Of a DNA stretch of 64,000 nt, positions 1 to 13,082 are shown piece after piece. The position numbers were made by a program, and so were the translations under genes. The notes beneath the pieces were generated by a model that saw only the letters and a list, made by a program, of their open reading frames with translations, searched no databases and was not told the origin of the DNA. The stretch is from the NCBI GenBank assembly GCA_964188305.1, contig OZ076892.1. One strand, 5' to 3'. Every line of letters begins with the position of its first letter. Position 1 is the stretch's first letter. This stretch comes from Podarcis bocagei (taxonomy: Eukaryota).

Positions 1-2430
1 AGTCAGGTTGTTTTGTCGTTCAATGTCTTTCAGGCGCTGGCCTATTAGACTCTTTGCTTTAATGAGGCCCATTGATAGTAGGGACTGTGAGTGCAGACCG
101 CATGTAAGGAGTTTTTGCTGCACAGTTTTAAACCACTTGCTTTTGTGAGGGTCTTGCATTACTAGCGGCAGTAGACCAGGAGGATTCAGATTAAGACGAA
201 GCCAATAATTAAATGTTCTCTGCCAGGTCCGAGTTTCCACAGATGGAAGGCAGGCCTCGAGTCGTAATGCTGCGTTTGGAACACAGGAGGGGACACCGAG
301 TATCTGCCTTAGAAATTTGGACTGGACAGTTTCGAGACTGGAGCAATGGATCCCCGTCCAGATTTGCGCCCCGTACAGTAACTGCGCCAGAGGTTTTGCT
401 TGGAAAACTTCAAGGGCTGCTGGGATGTATCTGCCCCCCTTCGTATAGAAGAAGCGGGACAGCATCTTGATGCTTTGAGCAGCTTTTTCTTTGGCACATT
501 TTTGATGGACATCCCAGGACCCGGTCGACTGGAAAACGATACCCAGATATTTGAAGGCTTTGACTTGTTCAATTGTCTGGTTATCCATCCTCCAGCTGTA
601 CTGTCTGTGTTTCCTTGCAAAAACCATGATTTTGGTTTTCTGATAGTTTATTGCAAGTTGCTCTCTTCTACAGTATGCTGAGAATTCACCTATGAGCCTA
701 TTTAAACCTATTCTTGTTCGAGATAGGAGTATCGCATCGTCAGCGTACAAAAGCACTGATATTGCTTTGTCAGCCAGTTTGGGGGCGTGGAAGTCCGGAG
801 ATGACAAACAGTTAACCATATCATTGATGTAGATGTTGAATAGAACTGGGGCCAGGATGCAACCTTGCTTGACCCCCTTACTGACAGGAACTGGTCCTAT
901 AAGATGGCCATTTAACGAAGTTCTTACATGCAGCACCGTGTCTTTGTATAAACAGCTGATCAGAAATAATAGTCTTTTGTCTATGCTAGAGGTGCTCAAT
1001 TTGTCCCAAAGTCTTACACGTGGAATTGAATCGAAAGCAGCCTTTAGATCGATAAAGGCTGCATATAACACCCCACGGGATTTTTTGGCATATTTGTCAA
1101 TTAAATAGGCTAGGGTGAAGCAATGGTCTATGGTGGATCTGCCTTGCCTGAAACCCGCTTGCTCTTCCGCTAGAATAGCTTCGGTTTCCAGCCAGCTAGT
1201 TAGCTTGGTATAAAGATGTTTGGCATATAGTTTGCTGGGTATAGGCAGAAGGCTGATTGGTCTATAACTCGCCGGATCTGTCATGGGTCCTTTTTTATAG
1301 ATTGGGATAATTATTGCCTCAGTCCAACCATCTGGGAGTAAACCCGTTGAGTCGATCCAAGAAAATAAAGACGCCAGCAGGGGGGCCCACCAGCCAATGT
1401 TGGACTTCAGAAGTTCGGCAGGGATGTAATCATTCCCTGGGGCCTTGTTGTTCTTTAATTGTGCGATTAAATTCTCAACTTCCTTCGCAGTTACTGCTGG
1501 CCAATGAGGTAGGTCCTCCAGTTGAATGCATAGTTTGTAATGTTGGGCTTCCTGGTCATAGAACAAAGATTGAAAATGGCGCAACCACTCCATTGGTTCC
1601 ACTGTACAGATGGAATTAGTACGCTCCTGGTCCAGTAGACCAGATATGGTTCGCCAAAAGCAAGTAGTATCTTTCTCGTGCGATGCCTTAACCAACCTGT
1701 GCCATGCGGCTCTTTCAGCTTCCAGTTTCTTTCTCCTTAATAATTGTTTGTACGACCGTCTCAGATAAATATAAGCATTAAGTAGGAGGGCAGTCCCTGA
1801 TTTCCTGTATCTCCGGTAGGCTATTCTCATTTGTCTCCTTGTTTGCCTGCACTCCAGGTCAAACCAGCTAGCTCCGTCCTTTGCCCTCTTTGTAGCGGAG
1901 CTATGTATCGCTGTTGTTAAATGGGGTTTCAATCTTTCCAAGAGTAATTTAAAGCGTTCCATAATCGCTGTTGCTGAATTTCCTGATACAATAGCGGAGC
2001 GAATAAGCTTTAACTCCACTGACTGAAGAAGGAGGGTTAGGTTTTCATTCAATATTGGGGACCATTTGAGTCTTTTGGGGGCAGGTATATCCAAATTTAC
2101 AGAAGGTATATATTGTGGCTCGGCAATAGAATAGTCAAAAGGCCCACCTGCAAGCTCTAAAATTAGAGGTAGGTGATCACTCAGAGTATTATGGCCCACT
2201 TGAAACTTCCTTATAAAGCTGTAAGCAAATCTTGAGATTAAGATATAATCTATAACACTTCCCCCAGCCTTGGAGAAATGGGTATATTCCCCGGGGCGGT
2301 CCCCCTCTATATTGCCGTTTAATATCAGCAGTTCCCTCCGTCTAGCAGCCTGCACTAAGCAGAGACCTGGGAAATTACTTCTACCATCTTTGGACAGACG
2401 TGTCTGCTGAAGTACATAGGAGTGGGGAGT
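1..2430 (-). mobile_element. Non-LTR retrotransposon (LINE) ORF2: C-terminal part of APE endonuclease plus reverse transcriptase; 5'-truncated, continues beyond the left edge
   Basis: Manual minus-strand translation in one frame gives GSVIDYILIS..LSDHLPL (endonuclease), KAPGNDYIPAELLK, NYRPISLL, EEQAGFRQGRSTIDH, AFIDLKAAFDS, GVKQGCILAPVLFNIYIND, LLYADDAILL and FKYLGV. It is missing from the ORF track, consistent with no stop inside the window. Clade not determined. Confidence 0.93.
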
Positions 2431-3107
2431 GCTGTGTACCCACTACTCTACCATGCAAAAATGGTCACCTTCTGGTAAGTGCTTAAACCAGGCCCTGGAA
2501 ACCATCAAGTATTTTCTGAAGGATGTCAGCTGACATTGGATTGACCTAGAAGTCCACAGCTACCAGTCTTTTAACACCTACCTATTAACAAGCTTAGGGA
2601 TTAGGCCCAACCCATTGAAAACTGTTCTTGCTCCTTCATCGGAGCTACTATCAAAATAGAAGATACTCACATGCATGAACTTTCATGCCTTTGTAAGTGG
2701 CTTTGGTCCATTTTCTCCATTGTTATTTAGCAGGACTGGAGGAGTTGAAATATAATTTGAGAGCTTTTAAGGTCTAATTCTTAAACAAAGGCAGGTAAAT
2801 TAAATGGCTGTATAAATGAATCACAAATTACACAAGTATCTCCCAAGAAGTCATACTGTTCCTGCCCATAAAGATTACAACAATACATATTAAACCAGGA
2901 TTAGGGAACCTGGAATCTTCCAGAAGCTGCTGGACTATAACTTCCGCTAATGCTGTCCAGTCCCCATATGTGCTGGGGTTGATGGGTGTTGCAGACCAAC
3001 AACCACTGGACGGCCACAAGTTCCACACCCCATGTTTGTAGGAAATAGTTATGCCGCAATGGTTGCTTGTTGTAGTGCTCAAAGCCCTCTGGCCCACTAC
3101 TTACACA

Positions 3108-3502
3108 CTTACAAAGGGGTTACGTTCTGGAGGTCCATTCACAAAAGCAAAGTTGTACAAAGGTAGGAAGACCACCTGAACCACCCCCACGTGACTATAC
3201 CTTACTAGGCTCTAGGAATGTCATGTGAGGCTTCTGGAAGGCCGTGGGAAGTTCCTGTAAGATCTTGTGAGAGCTTCCCACAGCTTTCAAGGCCTTGCAT
3301 GATGCTCTCTGAGGGCAAATAAGCAAGGTGGAGTGCTTACAAACTCCTTCCACAGCATGGGGCTTCTGAGATCTCAGAGAGACCCTTCCAACTGTTCCCC
3401 TCCTGCTTGTTCTCCATTTTTAAAATTATCTCCCTGCCCACTGTGCAATGCTTAAGTAAGTAAATTGCATAAGTAAATCACTTGTAAGTTGCAGGTCTAC
3501 TG
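3108..3502. mobile_element. Degraded Tc1/mariner-type non-autonomous DNA transposon (one recognisable end)
   Basis: The right end GTAAGTTGCAGGTCTACTG-TA resembles CAGT.. termini of Tigger-like elements; the left end is eroded. Confidence 0.4.
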
Positions 3503-5347
3503 TACTGTAAAATGGTGACAGGGTGGAGTTATCAGTAGTATATTGGGGGAATATTCAGCAAATGCCCCCTCCCATTAAACCATTCACCATGTAGAGAATA
3601 TTGTGAGAGCATTTTTGCTCAGACCTACTGAAGGTTATCATGAGTAGAAACGACGTTCCTTGTACCGCATTTTCTCCAATGGTGATGTGAATACCCCCCC
3701 CCCCAAAATCTAGCCATGTATATGGAGGCTTAATTAATTAATTAAGCGCTGCCTGTGAGAACTATTGACAGTTAGTACCTTGCAACTGAAAGGTGTTTAT
3801 TTCCAAAATTAAGGGCTTATTTTAATTACTTCATGGTAACTCTTTACATCTCCAGCGCAAAACCTGCTTGATCCCATAAAGATACCGTCGAACATCCAGT
3901 CCTAATTTTTCAGGCTGGTGCATATTCATTTTATTTAGAAGATTATGTTAGTCATCAAAGGTTAATCTGCCTCAGGTTTGTAATTAGGCACAGTAATGAC
4001 TTGGCGTCTCTAGACTCACCCAGGTTGGTGTAAGTGGGAAGAAGGTGGACCCAAAACTGTTAGCCCATTTTCACATCCAATCAGCATTCAGATAAGCCAG
4101 TATTTGGAGTATGAAGAAACAATGGGATGGGGAAGGGAATCTCAAACAACCTACAAATTACGCAGCCCAAATATTATGGCCTGTAACTCAATTTTATGAC
4201 CTGCCACGTCTTATCTACTTGAGTAGTACATCAATGGACATTGTGAAAGCTATCCACAAGCATATCTAAGGTGACAAATGTTTTGGATTCCATTCCATGT
4301 TTTCTTTTTTATGGCATTCATGTTTGGGCTGGTTTACCCACACCTCCACGGCACAAACAAGAGTGCCAGTCAAGCGAGGACAGGAGCTGGCCTTTTGTAA
4401 ATGCCTCCTGTGTACATTGTAAGTTGTGTGCAGAGTCTCAGCCATTTTTCATCCTGTCTCTTGTAGTAGCAGCAGCACATCTGATGTAAATTAGTAGTAG
4501 TAGGTAGTATGGCCAACATTAATACCAACATCATTATCATAATTTATCAATCACTTTTATTTTTATTAGTAATAGTAGTATTATACTGCCCTATACCCGC
4601 AGTTCTCAGGGTGGCCTTATAGAAAGAAAAGATCTCAAATCAACTTGACAAAATAAAATGCAGTTAAAATAGTACAGGATAACCTGGTGCCTTCCAGATA
4701 CTGCTGGACTACAACTGCCCTCATCCCTGACCATTGGCTATGCCGGCTTGGAGTCATAGGAGCTACAGCCCAACAACACTTGGGGAGCCTCAGTTTTGCC
4801 CCCACCCCACCCCACCCCTGATGTAAATGGAGAAAGCATTCATAGTTTTGGACATCCTCCCCTAAAGGATTAATAGAGATGCTATTGAAAGTAAGTGTGG
4901 GTGAGTGTGGGAGATGCAACTCAGGTAGAATGCTGTCTCTTTCTGCCTGTGCTTCTGAGGGCTAAAGCATGCCGGGGACATGCTGGCCCTGCCCTAAGAT
5001 CCACGGGCACTCCAAGTGTGCCCATTCCACCCCTGGCTTCCATTGTTGAGTGTGAAAGTCTGAAGGAGGCTTCTAGGCATAGGTGAGTGCACGTAGAAGA
5101 CAACTCGTGAATGGGAAACTTGATAACACAGGACGCTCTGTCATGGTTAGGATTCTACGTACATTCAGCTAAATACATTTAGTCAACCTCTTCAGATCTT
5201 GGTGCTAAGCATGCAAAGGTCTCAAAGGGAGGTGTTGGGGCAAATGACGTTCAATGCAAGCATCCAGTGATACACTTTGGAGCAAATATCTATATCTATC
5301 TATATATCTATCATCTATCTATCTTTTATGCACATTTTACCCTAAGA

Positions 5348-5562
5348 CAGTGGTACCTTGGGTTACAAACTTAATTCGTTCCGGAGGCCCGTTCTTAACC
5401 TGAAACCATTCTTAACCTGAGGTACCACTTTAGCTAATGGGGCCTCCCGCTGCCGCCGTGCGATTTCTGTTCTCATCCTGGGGCAAAGTTCTTAACCCAA
5501 GGTACTACTTCCAGGTTAGTGGAGTCTGTAACCCAAAGTGTTTGTAACCCAAGGTATCACTG
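5348..5562. mobile_element. Tc1/mariner (Tigger-like) MITE
   Basis: TIRs CAGTGGTACCTTGGGTTACAAAC / GTTTGTAACCCAAGGTATCACTG with TA at the right flank; same family as 18854-19078. Confidence 0.85.
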
Positions 5563-5774
5563 TATGTGCATTTTTGTACTCATCACTTGGCGGGAGAGAA
5601 TTGGATATGGATACTGAAGTACCTAATTTTCACATCTTAGATTGAAGGAACTGGTGAAGGAATTGGCCATTTATTTATTTTTTGCTGGAGGTTTCTGGTT
5701 GTTCTTTTTCATTGTGTGCCTTTGACAGATTTTGCTGCTTCCATTTGTGTGAATGGTTGAAAGACACACTTATG

Positions 5775-5940
5775 GGGGAGACTCCATAGCTCAGTTGAGG
5801 AGCACAAGCTTGGCATACAGAATATCTGGTTGAAAGGTTTAGGCAGCAAGCGATGGGGGAAAACCTTTTCCTTGAAACTCTGGAAAGCCAATGCCAGTCA
5901 CTATATACAGTGTTGGGCTAGATGAACAAATATCCTGTAT
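5775..5940 (+). mobile_element. Old tRNA-derived SINE
   Basis: A-box-like TAGCTCAGTTG head; body similar to copies near 13655, 18607 and 60197. Confidence 0.55.
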
Positions 5941-7229
5941 ACTTTCCCAGGGGAACGTACAGTGCAAATTAGATTTCCCACCTGCTCTGAATGAAACATG
6001 CTTGCTTCTCATTCTTACTATGCATTACTCATTTTAAACCTTTTGAGGAGAGGGTGGGATTGCCTGCGACTCTGTGTTGGAAATGGTTTCTTCACTATTT
6101 CTCTTGCAGATAATGGCATGAGTACATTGTTCATTGTTTGCAAAGTACGCTGCAATCTTTATGTGGAAGGTGTTACCTGCATGCAAGGTATGATTATGAT
6201 GATTCTGTGCTCTGAAACAGGAGGGAGCAGTTGGTTCTTCATTGTCTTCTCCCCCTGCCCCCCAGGCTGCCAAAAGGCGATCAAAGCAAGGAGATATGAT
6301 GGGGTGTGTCTTGGACTGAGGACATTAGCTTAGCCCTCAATTGCTTCTTAAGTTGCAAAGCCATTGTGAACGCCCAAGGGATAAGGAGATCTGAAGATGA
6401 CACATATCGTGTCATTATTGTAAATGGGCTGGCATGCATTGCACATACTTGTAAAACGGCTTTGTACAGATGCTGTGATCAAACCCAGGATGTTCCATAA
6501 AATTCAGGCAGAGCCTCCCCCCACCTCCTTCCCTCTATATATAATCTCTCCCCACACTAGGTGGGGCGGGGGAGGATAAAGTCGATTCTATACTTTCCAA
6601 CATTCCTCAGATGGAAATGGGGACATTCCATTCTACAAGATTCTCGCGTGTTTGATCTCGCCACACACACAAGCGTCATATACACATATATGTCTGTCAC
6701 CTTGAACCAATTAGAACCTATCAGCCTAACCTACACCACAGGATTGTTGCAAAGAAAAATGTGCAAGGGAAGGGATTGTGTACAGCACCTTCAACAGATA
6801 AATGGAATGATTTTTTTATTTTTTTATGTTTAGCTGTGAGCTGCCTGGAGTCCCTGTCAGGAAAAAAGGCAGGAAATGCTACTACTACACTGGAAACTGT
6901 GAGAATGATCAGGAACATACCAGAGAGTAAATCCTATTGAAATCAGTGGGATTTATTTCTAAGTAAAAATGCTTAGGACTGCAATGTAAGACTTCCAAAG
7001 GAGAGTAGCTTGTGGGTCAACCCTTGTGGTCTGTGAGGCTTGATTTAGGAAGGACTGGTTGCCTTCCAGGACCTTACTCACACGAAGTGTGCACAGGGTT
7101 ACAGCCTCTGCGCTTATTAGGAAATGCATAGGATCTCCCAATTAGCTTTTTAGCTATAGGTAGATAAACATTGTTATATTTCGCCTTGCCTATGGTATGT
7201 AATGTAACAGAAAACAGCGGCTGTAATTA

Positions 7230-7725
7230 GAAAGGGAAGAAAAGAAGGAAGAATCAAGAAAGGAGAGAAAGAACAAAGGAAGGAAAAAGGGGGAAGAGGA
7301 GAAAGAGAAGAAAGAAAAAAACAGTAAAGGAAAAATGGGAGAGAGTGAGAAAGAAGAAGAAAGGAAGTGAAGATGAGAGGAAGGAAGGAGGGGGAAATGG
7401 AAGAAGGAAAAATTAAAGAAATGGGGAGAGAAAGAAGAGAAAGTGGGAGAGGAAGAAAAAGAAGGAGGAATGGGGAAAGGAGAAAAGGAAGGAAGGAAAA
7501 ATTTGAGAAAGGGAGGGGAAAGAAAGGAAGGAGACGGAAAGGAAGAGAAAAGGAAGGGAAACTAGGGAGAAGAGAAGGCTTGGGGGGGGGGTGGAGAGAA
7601 AACGCAACCCAAGGGAGGGAGAAATGGAAGTGGTGGGGGAGATGGAGAAAGACATTTTTGGAAAACGAAGAAAGAAGAAAAAGAATCAGAATTGGTGACA
7701 GGGTAGGGATAAAAAAAACCAAAGA
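7230..7725 (+). repeat. Purine-rich (GA) low-complexity tract
   Basis: About 500 bp that is almost entirely A/G on the + strand. Confidence 0.9.
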
Positions 7726-9470
7726 GGGAATATGGGCTGGGTGCATTTTTCACAATGGGAAGATGAGTAGTGAATAGTGCCCCTCCCTGCCTTTTAATAA
7801 ACGATGGGTGGATGAATGAAAGGAGAAATGGAAGGAATTGCGTTTAAAAGGGACAGGCTGAAACAGGGGAGGGAGAAGAGGTGCTTAAAGGTGAGGGTTC
7901 CTTTTGGGGGGTGTTCTTATTGGTTCTCCCAGAAGGGGAAGACTCTAAAATATGTAGGAAAATCTCTGCCTTACCTCTCCCCACCCCCACCATTGCCCTC
8001 TTTCTCCTGACTGGTTGTGATGCATCTGTTAAATTGGTGGGTGAGTGGGAGCTCTGTAGCAAGGTAGTACATGTTGTTGGAGTGCAAAAAGCAGGATGGA
8101 GAGGAATTGGGAGAAGTGGGGGGGGGAGAGAAGCAAATATGAAGGCGCTCACACATTCCCCCCCTCATGTTTGCAACCCTTCCAAGTCTTCCCTTCTGTA
8201 TCCATAGATGTATCCATAGATGATGATGGAAGACGGGGAGCCAAGCTACTCTGAAAGGGGTCATGGGCAAAATTTCCGCTTCTCTAAAACTGTAAATGGA
8301 CAAAGTTGAGGAATGGTGGGGGTTGTAGTTCAACAACATCTGGAGGGCCACCACTGCTTTAAAGGGGCAGAGGGACCCCTGGTATGATATTCCATTGTAT
8401 TCCTGTGGCCCTAGAAGTTTCTGAACCACAACTCACATCATCCCTGGTCATTGGCATGATGGCTGGAACTGAAGGGGGTTGGTATTGACATCTGAAGGAC
8501 CACTAGTTCCCAGTTCCTGCTCTAGTCATTGAGATCACTGAAATGACCACTGAATGATGGATGGGTATGGCCAATGACTTGATAATACTCCGGAATAGTG
8601 ACTTACATTCCTATGGCTCGTGTTTGCACAATAGAATACAGCTAGCAGATACAAAGCACCAGAGAAGCCCAGAACACCGCAGTTGTAAGCTGATGTCTGT
8701 TGATGTTTCGATAGCAACACAAGCAGTGGGGTATAGAACCACAAATGGGGAGGGGGCTGCGAGAGGGAACAGGATGATCAAGTGTCGTGCCTTGTCTCAC
8801 CATGTTGCAATCCAAAGTTGTCTTTTGCCTCTGGCTAAGAGACCAAGGGTGGGAATAATAAACACTGGGAGAGTTTGGAAGCTTTTCTGACAATTATCTT
8901 TGTCATTCTATTGGCCCTGGCGGTAGTTCGGTGCTCCGAGATTTCACTTTGTTCTCATTCTGGCTGGTGAAAGCAATCAGACAGCACATTCAAAATATAC
9001 AGAGGCAGGGCTCATTCCATTCCTGATGTAATGCCATTGGCATCCCCTGAGCTTACAATGGGATGAATTTGGCCTAGGCCTTGAACAGGACACAAACTGT
9101 CAGAAAGACAAACCTCTGTCTCTCCCTATTTGAAATGTGCAACGGAAAGAAGAATGCCCTAAATATTTTAGCAGGTTTGTAATTTCAGAGGCAGCATACA
9201 GGATATCCCTCCCTCCATCTGTCTTTTTCTTCTTCTTCTTCTCTTTCTTAAGTAAAGAGAAAAGTTACCTTAGGACTTGTATATGGAAAGAAACTCTCCC
9301 CATAGCTTTCCATTTCTTGTCTGTTTAAGCTTGTAAATAAATTTGAAAGATAGTATTCTAAGCTACCTTGAAATTATCAGCTGCATGAGTGTATGTCACA
9401 GCATTTAAATATTTTTAGGGATTGTCATTGTCTTTAAATGTTTTTAGATGCTCTTAATCAGTTTTATATG

Positions 9471-9920
9471 TGTCAGGGAACTGCCATCAGAACAGGGGTG
9501 GGAAACAGAGGGGCAGTTGTGTTACAGGGAGCCTCCAAAAATCTTGCGAAGCAGTTCCTCTTCCGGTGATGAGGAAAACCCCACCTCCAGTGGGGAAGAG
9601 GGGAAAGGACCAGTGGATGCTGGTAGGAGCCTCAACACCGCTCCTGGCAAAGCTGGCCAGGAGCGAAGCATGCCCCTTCCATTGCCCACCCTGCGCATAA
9701 GTCTAAAGTGCAAAGAGGGAAGGAAAAGGCTGGGCGTAGTGAGACTTTTATGCTGGGGGAAGTCCAGGAAACAAGCACTCCCGGATTCTGCTAGCGATTG
9801 AAGCAGACATGAACTTTGGGGTTCTGCACTGTACATAGTTTTGCACCTAAATAAAACCTGTAAAAGACAGGTCAGAGTCCTGCCTGGTTACTCATGAGCA
9901 ACCACCTTTGCCATCTGACA
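9471..9920 (+). mobile_element. Solo LTR of a Gypsy/chromovirus family related to the element at 39946
   Basis: TG..CA ends, a perfect 5-bp TSD ATATG (9466-9470 / 9921-9925), a start TGTCAGGGAACTGCCATCAGA identical to the full-length LTR, and AATAAA near 9850. Confidence 0.92.
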
Positions 9921-11129
9921 ATATGTTTTAAATTATGTTTTGTCTTATTTTTCATCGTACTGCTTTATTACTTTGTTGTTTGCTACTCCGGGGTCCTTTG
10001 GAAGGAAAAGGCAGGATGTGGGTGTGGTTTGTAAACCACGTCATGGCCAAAGTGGTGTACAAGATAAAAATAGGATAAAACACAAAAAACCCAGTTTCCA
10101 AAAGCAATAAAATCATTTCTGATATTGATAATAATAATTAGTAGTCTAAATATGATTACTAATAATATATGCTTCCAATAGCAAAGCACTCTCTTGCTCT
10201 CTCTCATAAACATTTTCAAGATTGTGACTTCTAAAAATCCAATGGGACACAAGGAAAAATATAAACTTTCTCAATATGCAACTTCAGGGTAAAGAGAATA
10301 GAACAGAGATGCATGTCACAAGATATGGGTTTAAAGTATGACCACTTAATTGATGAAACTTATGATCTGCTTAGGGAAACCAGTGCACATGAAATAAATT
10401 TCAATAGCCCCTGAAGTCTGCTATAAATGGGTGAGCCTACCCCACAGGCAGGGAAGGTAATTGTTATGCCACCTATGCCTCTACGTTGAGGGATAGAATT
10501 CTTAAAACTATATTATTTTCTGGAGGGGTTGTCAAGTAATCTTGTAATTACTGTGCCGATTCTGAATGTAGCCGAGGAGAATTCACCCATCAATTTTCCG
10601 CATGAAAATCAATTGCAGATCTGATTCAGCAGCAGCCCGTCAAGATTCCTCCAAAACAAACCGCCAAGTAAGTAACATGCATTGCTAAACATGGACGAAA
10701 AGTAAAGCTTTTTTAAAAAGAAAAAGAAAGAAAAACAGAAATATTTATCAAGGATCTGGAGCCCTGGTGCAATCTGCTGAGTAAATATTTATAAAGGGGT
10801 GCGGGTGGAGAATACTAGCAACAAATTCCTTTAAGTATTCCAGTATTGTACAATGGGAGTTGGAATGAACAGCTAGTGTTTGGGAAAAATTATGCCTGCT
10901 TGTAATAACTAGCCAAATACATACTTTAGAAGTACACATATATGTCTTCATGGCAAGGCTCCGAGTCAAAGGCCTTATTAAAAGTTCACGGAGTGTCATA
11001 TTTATAGAAGTTTAATCGCCCTAAGAAAATACAGAAGCAATTTAAGCAGTAGGATTAGCATTCACCTGAAGACACGAAAGGGGCAAGCCCACATTGCGAA
11101 TGATGCTTCTGGGTACAGTTCAAGGCCTT

Positions 11130-11410
11130 GGTTTTGGCATTTAAAGCCCTAAGCAACTTGGGACCAGGTTACCTAAAGGACTGCTTTGCTCCATATATCC
11201 CTGCCTGCCAACCATGCTTCTCAGATGGGGCACCACTGAGAGAGCTGCATGCCCCAGAGGTGTGCTTAGTTTGTACTGAAATCTTGGTTTTAACTATTGC
11301 AGTTCCCACCGTCGGGAATTAGCTAGCGGCTGGATTTAGACATACACCCAGCATCAAGAAGTTTAAGTGCCCCCTGAAGACGTTTTTTTAAAAGAAGACT
11401 TTCTAGCAAT
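11130..11410 (+). mobile_element. Degraded L2-type LINE 3' fragment
   Basis: Translates as VLAFKALSNLGPGYLKD, typical of L2 ORF2 C-termini. Similar fragments lie near 35090-35400 and 52010-52300. Confidence 0.55.
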
Positions 11411-11517
11411 TTATGAAATATTGATAGTATACCTGTGTGACTTGTTTTATTATTTTTATTATTAGTAGAAGTGATTTTAATTGTTTTTTAGAATTTGTAT
11501 CTATTTATTTTTTAGTA

Positions 11518-11771
11518 CAGTGGTACCTTGGGATGCGAACGGGATCTGTTCCGGAGCCCCGTTCGCATCCTGAATGGAACGTAAGATGCGACAGCACGTC
11601 TGTGCGTGTCACATTTTGCTGCCGCCGCGCATGCGCGTGACATCATTTTGGCGGTCTGCGCATGCGCAAGCGACGAAACCTGGAAGTAACATGCTCTGTT
11701 ACTTCCAGGTTGCCACGGAGTGCAACCCGAAAGCGCTCAACCTGAAGCATATTCAACCCGAGGTATGACTG
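11518..11771. mobile_element. Tc1/mariner (Tigger-like) MITE
   Basis: TA-CAGTGGTACCTTGGG ... CCCGAGGTATGACTG-TA: imperfect TIRs with a TA TSD. Confidence 0.8.
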
Positions 11772-12374
11772 TATTTTAAAAAATATTTTAAACATGTATA
11801 CCACCTTAATGACATCAGGCCCTGAAGTGGTTTATAAATGTGATAGACAAATAAATGGAATTGTAAATCTAGAATTCTTGGAAGTGAGTAAAAGACCTGC
11901 CTGAGTTTTCACTCGCACTTTTAAAATCAGAATTAAGTCACCTCGGCTAGTATTAAATAGTGCCTGCCAGTTCAATTTCAAGCCAGCAATTAGCTTTCCG
12001 CCCATAAAGACCTGGCCAGCAATTAACTGACCCTCCCCAGACTGCTAACAATGCCTCTTGCATCAGCCATAACTCCTCTTACACACCTCATGCTGCAGGA
12101 TAGTATCTGGGGGAGGGAGAGGCGATACTCCCCAGGGACTGTCATTTGCCCTCAGCCCTCTGGCTGCTGATCCCTGTATTAAACTGAAACTTGCTAATTA
12201 GTAGAAACACTTTTGAAATTCTCTTCTTTTGCTTTGCTCCCTGGTTTTGGAGTTGCAAGTACCTGATCTTGTTTCTGAAGTGGAATGTTTCTTTCAGACA
12301 GATTTAGGGTGGCGCAGGCGGATCCCCTGCTAAGCCAAGGGGGTGAACAACAAACAACAAACAACCTATATTTA

Positions 12375-13082
12375 CCGTATTTTTCGCCCTATAGGATGCA
12401 CTTTTTCCCCTCCAAAAATGAAGGGGAAATCTGGGTGCGTCCTATGGGGCGAATGCAGGCTTTTGCTGAAGCTTGGAGAGCGAGAGGGGTCGGTGCGCAC
12501 CGACCCCTCTCGCTCTCCAGGCTTCAGGAACACATCCGCAGCCTAGGCAGCCCTACGGGAGGTCCGGCAGGGATGTCTAGGCTGCAGATAGCAGCCTGCT
12601 GCCCAGCGCAAGGGGCGCCCTGAAGCAGAGCGCCCCTGCGCCAGGCAGACATCCGCAGCGTGGGGAGCCTTGCAGGAATTCCCTGCAAGGCTCCCCACGC
12701 TGCGGATAGCAGCCTGCCGCCCGGCGGGCGGGGCGCCCTGAAGCAGAGTGCCCCCCGCGCCAGGCAGACATCCGCAGTGTGGGGAGCCTTGCAGGAGTTC
12801 CCCGCAGGGCTCCCCACGCTGCGGATAGCAGCCTGCCGCCCCACGGGGGGGGCACCCTGATGCAGAGTGCCCCTCGCGCCGGGCAGACATGGGCCAGCCC
12901 CACAAGCTCGGGGGACAGCAGGGAGGCGCAGCGCCGCCATCCCGCTGTTCCTCGACCTGGTTCTGTTTCCCCGACCTGCTTTTGGGGGGGAAATAAAGGG
13001 AATTTTTTCCCCCTTTATTCCCCCCCCCAAAAAACTAGGTGTGTCCTATGGGACAGAGCGTCCTATGGGACGAAAAATACGG
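12375..13082. mobile_element. Tc2/pogo-like non-autonomous DNA transposon with internal GC-rich tandem hairpin units
   Basis: TIRs CCGTATTTTTCGCCCTATAGGA / TCCTATGGGACGAAAAATACGG with TA on both flanks; internal repeats of about 119 bp. Confidence 0.88.

Noticed and set aside
213-1619. Several short ORFs in the track
   Set aside because: Alternative or antisense frames of the LINE ORF2.
7174-7777. 190-aa and 136-aa ORFs
   Set aside because: Artefacts of the purine-rich low-complexity tract.
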